This document shows positions 1-6,703 of a DNA stretch of 16,453 nucleotides, in pieces. Below the pieces are notes generated by a model. It did not search any database. It had not been told where the DNA came from and worked only from the letters and a program-made list of their open reading frames with translations. Both the position numbers and the translations under genes were made by a program. The stretch is from Actinomycetes bacterium (lineage in GTDB: Bacteria > Actinomycetota > Acidimicrobiia > Acidimicrobiales > Microtrichaceae), in NCBI GenBank assembly GCA_023392475.1, contig JAEVZA010000233.1:1-16453 (forward strand). The letters run 5' to 3'. Position 1 is the stretch's first letter, and each line of letters opens with the position of its first letter.

Positions 1-488
1 TCGCCCTCCCGGGCGAGGCGGGCGAGGGGCAGCAGCCGTCGGGTGGCGTAGAACTCGATCCACGTGGCGCAGGGCTCGTTCGGCAGCCCCCGGCTCCCCG
101 TCGTGCGGCGGTCCTCCCGGCCGAACGCGGGCGCGCCGGCGAGGTGCACGGCGGCGAGGCCGCGCCCGAGCTCGTCCTCCGTGCGAGCCGCCGGCCGGCC
201 GACGTCGATCCACTCGAGCACCAGCCGGGCGGGGGCGTCGTCGGCGACCGCGAGGACCTCCGGCACGCCGATGCCGACGGCGCCGGCGTCCCGGAGCCAC
301 GTGAGCCCGGCGGACTCGGTCGTGAAGAAGCCGCTCGGCGGCGACGGGTGGGTCTTCGCGAAGACCGTGCGGCCGTCGTCGAGCTCGACCCGGTGGGCGG
401 CCGCGACGTCGCCGCCGTGGACCACCGACGCCGCGACGATCCGTGCACCGAGGTCGACCTCGACCGCGGCCCGCAGCGAGTCATCCAC
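1..488 (-). CDS. Fructosamine/ketosamine kinase family protein (FN3K-like, APH/choline-kinase-like fold). N-terminal ~162 aa only; the gene continues past the window start.
   Basis: Minus-strand frame continuing directly after the deacetylase stop reads MDDSLRAAVEVDLGARIVAASVVHGGDVAAAHRVELDDGRTVFAKTHPSPPSGFFTTESAGLTWLRDAGAVGIGVPEVLAVADDAPARLVLEWIDVG...GLPNEPCATWIEFYATRRLLPLARLA. The FAK...FxxEAAGLxWL...VPEV...LxLEwi and GLP(Q/N)xN.W..W.EF....RL blocks match the fructosamine-kinase family. GTG start at 488-486, preceded by GGGGG 7 nt upstream. No stop before position 1. Not listed in the ORF track because it lacks a stop in the window. Confidence 0.7.
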   Translation of the reverse strand, partial: MDDSLRAAVEVDLGARIVAASVVHGGDVAAAHRVELDDGRTVFAKTHPSPPSGFFTTESAGLTWLRDAGAVGIGVPEVLAVADDAPARLVLEWIDVGRPAARTEDELGRGLAAVHLAGAPAFGREDRRTTGSRGLPNEPCATWIEFYATRRLLPLARLAREG

Positions 489-536
489 CGGCGGACCCCC
501 GCGACCGTCCGGCCACGACCCGGGTCGCCGCTCGGA

Positions 537-1280
537 TCACAGCTCCATGAGGGCCTCCCAGCCCTCGGGCGGCGGGGCCAGCCGCCAGAACTGCTCCGGC
601 ACGTGGGCGTCGAGCTGCTCGCGCAGCCAGTTGCCGTCCTCGAGCGGCGGGACCTGCGACCGGTAGCACGCCACGGCGCGCCGCTTGCGCTCGGGATCGG
701 GCCGGACGGGCACCACGGCCGGCGTCGGCCACAACCCCGAGCGGAACAGCGACGACACCCGCCACGCGAGCAACCCCGGCAGGTGCTTGTAGCCCGCGTC
801 CTCGTAGGCGAACCACGACACGTCGGGGAACGCGGCGATCAGCGATCGGGCGGCGTCGCCCGTGCGGTCGTGGTCGGGGTTGGCGATGCCGAGCGGCGCG
901 AAGACGGCGGTCGGCGTGGCGGCCCGGAGGGCCGGCTCCAGCATCGCCGCGAGCTCGTCGACGGACGAGCGCTCGGCGTCGTCCAGGTACTGCCAGTCGA
1001 CGGCGTCGAGCCACACCGGGGTCGCCCCGAGGACGTCGAGCGCCGCCCGGTCCTCCTGCCGCCGCAGCGCGAGCACGTCGTCGCCGGCGACGAACCCGCC
1101 GAGGGCGTCCCAGTCCGTCGGCGGGTCGGGGTAGCGCTCGGGCCGGCCGGCGAACAGCGTGACGACCGTGGACCCGGGGTGGCTGCCGAGCAGGTCGGAG
1201 GCGCCGAGCACGGCGTCGTCGAGGTGCGGCGACACCACGACGACGCGCTCGAGCTCCTCGGCGCGGACCTCACCCCACAC
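537..1280 (-). CDS. PIG-L/LmbE family N-acetylglucosaminyl deacetylase (247 aa)
   Basis: N-terminal RVVVVSPHLDDAVLG is the PIG-L family HxDD zinc-binding motif. Size and downstream acidic/His residues fit LmbE-like deacetylases. GTG start; the gene begins 34 nt after the upstream lyase stop on the same strand. Confidence 0.85.
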   Translation of the reverse strand: MWGEVRAEELERVVVVSPHLDDAVLGASDLLGSHPGSTVVTLFAGRPERYPDPPTDWDALGGFVAGDDVLALRRQEDRAALDVLGATPVWLDAVDWQYLDDAERSSVDELAAMLEPALRAATPTAVFAPLGIANPDHDRTGDAARSLIAAFPDVSWFAYEDAGYKHLPGLLAWRVSSLFRSGLWPTPAVVPVRPDPERKRRAVACYRSQVPPLEDGNWLREQLDAHVPEQFWRLAPPPEGWEALMEL

Positions 1281-1314
1281 GACGCGACCGACCAGCGGCT
1301 CGGCTGCGATCGGA

Positions 1315-2712
1315 TCAGACCGGCGGCAGCGACTGCTGCGTGTCCATCATCGACTCCATGATCGTGCGGATGAACTCGTCGGCCTCGTCGTTCATGCCGC
1401 CGGCCACGCCGCCGTAGATGGCCCCGCTGAACGCGCTCTCCCCCGCCGCGTGGCGCCGCTTCGCGTCCTCCACGGCGTCGGCGAGGTCCTGGGAGAACTC
1501 GTCGACGACCCCGGGCTGGGTCTGCGGACGGGTCACGGCCATGTGGATCGCGTTCGGGTACTGCTGGCCGTTGAAGCGCCAGCCCCGGTCGCGCATGAAG
1601 TCGTTGACCAGGTAGATGTCGAACTCGTCCGAGGTGAAGCTGAAGCAGAACGTCGGCGAGCCGACGAGCCGCAGCTCCGGGTGGCTCGTCACGGCGGCCT
1701 TCATCGCCTCGGCGGTCGAGAAGATCTCCTCTGCGTAGCGCCGGTACCCCTCGCGGCCGAGCTGCACCATCGACGACCACGCCGCGGCGAGCAGGCCGCC
1801 CGAGCGCGACCCCTCCATGCCCGGCGAGCAGTACTTCCCGCCCGTCCAGTCGGTCAGGTAGAAGTACTGGCTGTTGCGGACCGCCTTGTCGCGGAACAGG
1901 CAGACCGACGTCCCCTTGAACGAGTACCCGTACTTGTGGGTGTCCGCGGAGATGCTGGTCACCCCCGGCAGGCGGAAGTCGAACAGCGGGATGTCGTAGC
2001 CGAGCTCCTGGCCGAACGGCAGGATGAACCCGCCGAGGCAGCCGTCGACGTGGAGGCCGACGCCCCGCTCGAGCGCCAGGTCCGACAGCGCGGCGATGTC
2101 GTCGACCGTGCCGTACGGGTAGTTGCAGGCCGAACCCATGACGGCGATCGTCTGGTCGTCGACCAGGCCGGCGACCGCGTCCAGGTCCACCCGCGTCGTG
2201 TCGGGGTCGATCGGCGCCACCCGCAGCTCGATGCCGAACAGGTGGCAGGCCTTGTCGAACGCTGCGTGGCCGGTCTCGGGCTTCACGAAGTTCGGTCGCG
2301 TCACGCCACGCGTCCGCGCGGCGTGCTCGCGGTACGCGAGCACGGCGTGCATGATGCTGCCCGTGCCGCCGGTGGTCACGAGGCCCGCGGCCTCGGTGCC
2401 CTCGATCGCCTCGCCGTGGAACAGGTCGAGGGCCATGCCGATGATCTCGCCCTCGAAGCGGGTGGCGCTCGGGCACATGTCGCGCTGGAGGGCGTTCACG
2501 TGGGCGAACAAGCCGAACGCCTCGTTCATGAACTCGTAGTGCCCGTGATCGCCGCAGTACATCGTGCCGGAGCACTTCCCGGTCTCCCAGAAGGCGTCCT
2601 CCTCCTTCGCCATCTGCTGCAGCTCGGCGAGGATGTCCTCCCGCGGCCGGCCGTGCTCGGGCAGGGTCCGGTTGACGGGGTAGCGGTCGGCGTAGGGGAA
2701 GTCGCTGCTCAT
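1315..2712 (-). CDS. PLP-dependent group II decarboxylase-fold enzyme of the sphingosine-1-phosphate lyase family (465 aa)
   Basis: SISADTHKYGYSFKGTSVCLFRDKAVRNSQYFY aligns with the SPL PLP-lysine block (human SGPL1 SVDTHKYGYAPKGSS..LYSDKKYRNYQFF). The upstream GKCSGTMYCGD matches the SPL G.VSG.VY.G motif. The predicted PLP lysine K260 is encoded at about 1933-1935. ATG start at 2712, preceded by GAGGAG with a 5-nt spacer. No N-terminal hydrophobic segment. Confidence 0.9.
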   Translation of the reverse strand: MSSDFPYADRYPVNRTLPEHGRPREDILAELQQMAKEEDAFWETGKCSGTMYCGDHGHYEFMNEAFGLFAHVNALQRDMCPSATRFEGEIIGMALDLFHGEAIEGTEAAGLVTTGGTGSIMHAVLAYREHAARTRGVTRPNFVKPETGHAAFDKACHLFGIELRVAPIDPDTTRVDLDAVAGLVDDQTIAVMGSACNYPYGTVDDIAALSDLALERGVGLHVDGCLGGFILPFGQELGYDIPLFDFRLPGVTSISADTHKYGYSFKGTSVCLFRDKAVRNSQYFYLTDWTGGKYCSPGMEGSRSGGLLAAAWSSMVQLGREGYRRYAEEIFSTAEAMKAAVTSHPELRLVGSPTFCFSFTSDEFDIYLVNDFMRDRGWRFNGQQYPNAIHMAVTRPQTQPGVVDEFSQDLADAVEDAKRRHAAGESAFSGAIYGGVAGGMNDEADEFIRTIMESMMDTQQSLPPV

Positions 2713-2811
2713 GCGTGCTCCTCGGGGTCTCGGACGTCATTCGACCAGCAGGTCCGGGCACCGTCCAGCCGTGCCGCGGTCGCGGGCACCCCCTGGTGCA
2801 GGATGCCGCCC

Positions 2812-3159
2812 ATGACCGACCGCAAGCCCGACGTCACCGCGGACGACTTCGGCGCGCTCGACCTGCGGGTGGGGCGGGTGCTCGAGGTCCGGCCGTTCCC
2901 GGAGGCGCGCCGACCGGCCTGGCAGCTCGTCGTCGACTTCGGGCCCGACGTGGGCACGCTCCGGACGTCGGCCCAGGTCACGAACTACGCGGCGGACGAG
3001 CTGGTGGGGCGCAGCGTGGTCGGGGCGATCAACCTCGGAGCGCGGCGCATCGCCGGCTTCCGCAGCGAGTTCCTCGTGCTGGGAGCGGTGGAGGCCGACG
3101 GCACGGTCCGCCTGCTGCGGCCCGACGGCGACCCGGCTCCCGGGACGCCGGTCGCCTGA
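2812..3159 (+). CDS. CsaA-like tRNA-binding domain protein (115 aa; alternative ATG at 2803 gives 118 aa)
   Basis: DDFGALDLRVGRVLEVRPFPEARRPAWQLVVDFG...RSEFLVLGAVEADGTVRLLRPDGDPAPGTPV matches the CsaA/EMAP-II-like tRNA-binding OB fold throughout (compare B. subtilis CsaA: DFEKLDIRTG...PEAR.PA.KL.IDFG...GFKSEVLVLG). It is the C-terminal part of track ORF 1159..3159; the upstream 550 aa of that ORF is antisense to the lyase and not coding. Confidence 0.8.
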   Translation: MTDRKPDVTADDFGALDLRVGRVLEVRPFPEARRPAWQLVVDFGPDVGTLRTSAQVTNYAADELVGRSVVGAINLGARRIAGFRSEFLVLGAVEADGTVRLLRPDGDPAPGTPVA

Positions 3160-3209
3160 GCGCCGGGCCCGCCGTCGCCTGGGAGCTGCAGCGGGGCACC
3201 GGCGCCCGG

Positions 3210-4148
3210 TCAGGTGCCCGTGAGCCGCCCGACCAGCGGCGCGAACGAGCGGAGCTCGTCGCCGGGGATCACGACGTAGGAGTAGCCCCAGCGCTCGCGT
3301 CGCTCCTGGAGGCGATCGGTGATCTCCGCCTCGGAGCCGATCAGGGCGAGCGGCGAGGCCAGCACCTCCTCGGGCGTGGCCTCGAACAGCTCGGCCATCA
3401 CCGCCGCGAACCCCTGCGTGTCGTCCGTGATCTGCGCGACCGACAGCCATGAGTTGAGCTCGAGGTCGTCGAAGCGGTCGCCCGCCGCCTCGCGCACCCG
3501 GGCCACCTTCTGGTCGATGCGGTCGGCGAGCGCGTCGTGCGCCGCCTCCGTGTCGATCTCGCCCGAGTGGATGGACGCGTTCACACCGATGATGTCGGCG
3601 TGGCGGGCAGCGAAGCCGAGCAGCCGGGGACCGCCGCCGCCGATGAGGATCGGCGGCCCGCCGGGCGTGTACGGCGCCGGCGTGCCGTCGAGCTCGGTGA
3701 TCCGGTAGTGCTCGCCCTCGAAGGTGAACGGGCCGTCGGCCCACATGCCCTTGAGCACGGCGAGGTGCTCGATCATCCGGTCGACCCGGACCTTCGGCGG
3801 GTCCATCGGGATGCCCGAGCGGTCGTAGTCGAGGCGCTTCCACCCGGCGCCGATGCCGACCTCCAACCGCCCCTCGGCGATCTGGTCGATGGTGGCGAGC
3901 TCCCGGGACAGGATCGCCGGGTGGCGGAAGTCGCAGTCGAGCACCAGCGAGCCGACCTTCAGCTCGGTCGTGACCGCGGCCGCCGACGCCATGGCCGCGA
4001 TCGGCCCGGGCCCCTCGTCGAAGTGGTCGGGCAGGAACACGGTGGAGTAGCCGAGGTCCTCGACCTCGCGGACGGAGTCGACCCAGCTGCGGCCCTCGAA
4101 CGGGGTGTGCAGCTCGGCGGCGAAGCGGAGGCGGCGGGGGTGCGGCAC
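3210..4148 (-). CDS. LLM-class (luciferase-like) F420-dependent oxidoreductase (313 aa)
   Basis: MPHPRRLRFAAELHTPFEG...VFLPDHF...GIGAGW... is a typical LLM F420-dependent oxidoreductase. GTG start 7 nt downstream of AAGGAG. The upstream 228 aa of track ORF 3210..4835 are Arg/Gly-rich and non-coding-like, so the gene is trimmed to the GTG. Confidence 0.85.
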   Translation of the reverse strand: MPHPRRLRFAAELHTPFEGRSWVDSVREVEDLGYSTVFLPDHFDEGPGPIAAMASAAAVTTELKVGSLVLDCDFRHPAILSRELATIDQIAEGRLEVGIGAGWKRLDYDRSGIPMDPPKVRVDRMIEHLAVLKGMWADGPFTFEGEHYRITELDGTPAPYTPGGPPILIGGGGPRLLGFAARHADIIGVNASIHSGEIDTEAAHDALADRIDQKVARVREAAGDRFDDLELNSWLSVAQITDDTQGFAAVMAELFEATPEEVLASPLALIGSEAEITDRLQERRERWGYSYVVIPGDELRSFAPLVGRLTGT

Positions 4149-4149
4149 G

Positions 4150-4165
4150 GCGATCTCCTTCAGGC
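4150..4165 (-). promoter_or_regulatory. Shine-Dalgarno (AAGGAG) of the LLM F420 oxidoreductase, overlapping the TGA stop of the upstream PPOX gene. This indicates translational coupling.
   Basis: The minus-strand reading ...GCC TGA AGGAGATCGCC GTG... shows the SD 7 nt before the GTG start. Confidence 0.6.
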
Positions 4166-4672
4166 CAGCTGGTCGTCGAGGAAGTCGGCGGTCGTGCCCG
4201 CCACCGGCATCGGCTCCATGCCGAGCTTCCGGTGGTCCCACGACCGGGTGCGGGTGACGTCGACCCGGACCGCCACCCGCTTCTGCAGCATGAACTCCAC
4301 GAGCGGCTGCACCTCCTCGGTGTACGGGCCGTTGTAGCGCTCCCACACGCTCACGCCGACGTCCCAGATCGCGGCCGGGTCCTCGACGATCTCGGCGGTG
4401 CCCTCGAGCGACACGCCGCGCAGCTTGTCGTACGTGAGGCCGTCCTCGATCAGCACGGTGATGCGGGGGTCGCGACGGAGGTTGACGGCCTTCTGCGACC
4501 GTCCCTTCGTCTCGAACCAGATCGCGCCGTCGATGACCGCGAACCACATGGCGACGAGGTGCGGGAGGCCGGTCGGGCCGACGGTCGCCATCGTGGCCGT
4601 GCGGCTCCGCTCGACGTACCGGGCGATCTCCTCGTCGGTCATCTCGACCTGGCTGCGCTGGTTCGTGCCCAC
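4160..4672 (-). CDS. PPOX-class (pyridoxamine 5'-phosphate oxidase-like) probable F420-dependent enzyme (170 aa; alternative ATG at 4642 gives 160 aa)
   Basis: MTDEEIARYVERSRTATMATVGPTGLPHLVAMWFAVIDGAIWFET...VAVRVDVTRTRSWD matches the split-barrel PPOX/F420-binding family N-terminus. GTG at 4672 is preceded by GGGGGA with a 5-nt spacer. Its stop TGA overlaps the SD of the downstream LLM gene. Confidence 0.8.
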   Translation of the reverse strand: MGTNQRSQVEMTDEEIARYVERSRTATMATVGPTGLPHLVAMWFAVIDGAIWFETKGRSQKAVNLRRDPRITVLIEDGLTYDKLRGVSLEGTAEIVEDPAAIWDVGVSVWERYNGPYTEEVQPLVEFMLQKRVAVRVDVTRTRSWDHRKLGMEPMPVAGTTADFLDDQLA

Positions 4673-4882
4673 GCGTCCCCCTGCGCCCGTCCGGCGGCGA
4701 CCGTCGCCCCGCGGCGCGCCCCATCATGCCGCGCCCGCCGCGGTCCCGATCGCGCCGTGGACCGCGCCCCTGCCACGCGACTCCCAGCGAACTCCGGGGT
4801 GGGCCACGGCCGGCTCCCGGGTCCCGCCGCCACACTGCGTCGCATGCCCATCCCCACCCCCGTCCCGGAACGTGCTGGTGCC

Positions 4883-5503
4883 ATGGCCGCCCGGGGCGGG
4901 GGTGGCCTCCTCGACCGGGCCGTCGAGCGCCTCCCGATCGACGGCCCGACCCGGCGCACCGTCGCGACGATGGCGCGGACCCTGTGCGTGTCGGCCGGGA
5001 CGACGCTGCTGAGCGCGGGCGTGCTGGTCGTGCTCGCGGTCGGCCTCGCCGTGCCCGCCGCCGTCGCCAACGTGATCGGCACCGTCTGCGGGATCGGGCC
5101 GTCCTACGCGTGGAACCGGCGGTGGGCCTGGGGCCGCTCCGGCCGCGGCGACCTCTGGCGCGAGGTCGTGCCGTTCTGGGCGCTGTCGCTCACCGGGCTC
5201 GTGCTCTCGACCCTCGCCGTGGCCCGCACCGCGGCCGTCGTGGCGCCGCTGCCGAACGGCGTCCGCGCCGTCGCGCTGCCGGCCGCCAACCTCACGGTGT
5301 TCGGGCTGCTCTGGCTCGTGCAGTTCGCGCTGCTCGACCGGGTGCTCTTCCGGGCGACGCGCCCGGGCGCCGGCGCTGACGACGGTCAGGCGGGGTCCCC
5401 CGCCACCTCGGCGGCCGAGGGCACGTTGCGGACCGTGAGCCGCGGCACGATCACCAGCGCGGCGAGCGACAGGGCGCCGGAGACCGCGAACGCCATCCGG
5501 TAG
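4883..5503 (+). CDS. GtrA-family membrane protein (polysaccharide-synthesis/flippase-associated small 4-TM protein). Start uncertain: ATG candidates at 4844, 4883 and 4970.
   Basis: VANVIGTVCGIGPSYAWNRRWAWG is the GtrA-family ...Y..NR.W.F block. Four hydrophobic segments are present (TLLSAGVLVVLAVGL / VPAAVANVIGTVCGI / VVPFWALSLTGLVLSTLAVA / ALPAANLTVFGLLWLVQFALL). The first ~200 codons of track ORF 4232..5503 are antisense to the F420 genes and are rejected. GC3 rises after about 4883. Confidence 0.6.
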   Translation: MAARGGGGLLDRAVERLPIDGPTRRTVATMARTLCVSAGTTLLSAGVLVVLAVGLAVPAAVANVIGTVCGIGPSYAWNRRWAWGRSGRGDLWREVVPFWALSLTGLVLSTLAVARTAAVVAPLPNGVRAVALPAANLTVFGLLWLVQFALLDRVLFRATRPGAGADDGQAGSPATSAAEGTLRTVSRGTITSAASDRAPETANAIR

Positions 5504-6648
5504 GACGACAGGCTGACGACCACCCCGAGCAGCGGCGGGCCGAGGCCGTTCGCGAGGTCGAACGCGAGCGAGAACGTGCCCACCGCCTGGCCGCGCTCCT
5601 CGGGCGGCACCGACGCGATCAGCGCCGAGAACAGCGCCGGGAACAGCAGCGACATGCCGAGCGCGAGGAACACCATCGAGATCCACACGCCGGCGGCCGC
5701 GCCCCAGGCCCCGAGCAGCAGGCCCGCGACCCCGAGCGTCACGAGCGCCGCCGTGGACGCCCGGCGCCAGCCGAGCTGGTCGGGCAGCCGTGCCCCGACG
5801 ACGCGGATCACGAGCACGAGCCCGCCGTAGACCAGGAACAGGGGCGCGACGTCGTCGATCGAGACCGTGGGTCCGTACAGCGACACGAAGGCCGAGAAGC
5901 CGACGAACGGGAGCAGCCCGAGCAGCAGCACCGCGCCGGGCGGGATCGCCGTGGGGTGGAGCAGGCGGAAGGGCTGCGGCTCGGCGGGGACGTCCCGCGG
6001 CGTGCCCAGCCCGAACGCGCTGGCCAGCAGGGCGAGGCACCCGGCGGCGATCCAGACCGAGCGGTAGCCGTGCTCGGTGCGCAGCCACTCGCCGAGCAGC
6101 GGCCCGAAGGCGAGGCCCGCGTAGAGCGCCACCGAGAAGTAGGACGCTGCCTCGCCTCGGCGGTGCTCGGGTGCCATGTCCTGGATGGCCGTCGCCGCGC
6201 CGACCCACATGGCCGCCTCGCCGACGCCCGTGACGAGCCGGAGCGCGATCAGCGGTCCGAGCGAGTCGACGAACGCGTAGCCGAGCACCGAGACGCCGAC
6301 CAGGGCCGAGCCGCCGATGACCAGGATGCGACGACCCCGCAGGTCACCCACCCGCCCGGCGAACGGGCGCAGCAGGGCGGCGGCGATGGCGAAGCTGCCG
6401 ACCACCACGCCCACCGCGATGCTCCCGCCGCCGAGGCCGTGCTCGACGTAGCGCGGCAGGGTCGGCAGCAGCGCGCCGAGCGCCAGGAAGTACGAGAAGG
6501 TCGACAGCGTGACGAGCGCGAACCCGACCGTGAGCAGGCGCTCGGGCGCCGCGGACCGGGGTGCCGGGGCCGGTCCGGGAGCGCCCCCGGGCCCCTCGAC
6601 GTCGGCCGGCGCGGCGGTGGGTTCGCGTTCGGCCGGCATCGCGGGCAC
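5386..6648 (-). CDS. MFS transporter (420 aa; GTG at 6648, alternative ATG at 6639)
   Basis: Twelve hydrophobic segments with MFS-like loop motifs (GRVGDLRGRRILVIG after TM2; PEHRRGEAASYFSVALYAGLAFGPLLG). N-terminal Pro/Ala-rich tail. Confidence 0.85.
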   Translation of the reverse strand: MPAMPAEREPTAAPADVEGPGGAPGPAPAPRSAAPERLLTVGFALVTLSTFSYFLALGALLPTLPRYVEHGLGGGSIAVGVVVGSFAIAAALLRPFAGRVGDLRGRRILVIGGSALVGVSVLGYAFVDSLGPLIALRLVTGVGEAAMWVGAATAIQDMAPEHRRGEAASYFSVALYAGLAFGPLLGEWLRTEHGYRSVWIAAGCLALLASAFGLGTPRDVPAEPQPFRLLHPTAIPPGAVLLLGLLPFVGFSAFVSLYGPTVSIDDVAPLFLVYGGLVLVIRVVGARLPDQLGWRRASTAALVTLGVAGLLLGAWGAAAGVWISMVFLALGMSLLFPALFSALIASVPPEERGQAVGTFSLAFDLANGLGPPLLGVVVSLSSYRMAFAVSGALSLAALVIVPRLTVRNVPSAAEVAGDPA

Positions 6649-6703
6649 GCTACCCGGGCCCGGTCACGGGGCCCGAGGGCGTTCCTCGGTACGGTGCGGG
6701 CCC

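Noticed and set aside
839-2761. 640-aa minus-strand ORF (also 144..1361+, 64..666+, 481..1014-, 862..1134+, 1418..1615+, 2123..2539+, 2709..2981-) overlapping the lyase/deacetylase/kinase genes
   Set aside because: The translations are Arg/Gly/Pro/Ala-rich low-complexity strings typical of out-of-frame or antisense reading of high-GC coding DNA. No recognisable motifs, whereas the chosen frames carry clear family motifs.
1159-2802. First ~550 codons of the 666-aa plus-strand ORF 1159..3159
   Set aside because: Only the last ~115 codons (CsaA-like tRNA-binding domain) look coding. The rest is antisense to the S1P-lyase-family gene and compositionally junk.
3160-3209. Terminator between the convergent CsaA and LLM genes
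   Set aside because: Only a 6-bp inverted repeat (CCGGGC...GCCCGG) separated by ~35 nt, which is too weak to call.
2737-3843. 368-aa minus-strand ORF, plus-strand ORFs 2715..3452, 3319..3708, 3537..4337, 3853..4050, and the 228-codon N-terminal extension of ORF 3210..4835
   Set aside because: They are shadow ORFs of the CsaA, LLM and PPOX genes. The LLM gene has a strong AAGGAG-N7-GTG start at about 4148 and homology begins exactly there.
4232-4882. N-terminal ~200 codons of ORF 4232..5503, and ORFs 4398..5012+, 4639..5082-, 4724..6208-, 4726..5379+, 5104..5295-
   Set aside because: Antisense or out-of-frame to the F420 genes and MFS gene. GtrA homology begins only near 4883-4970.
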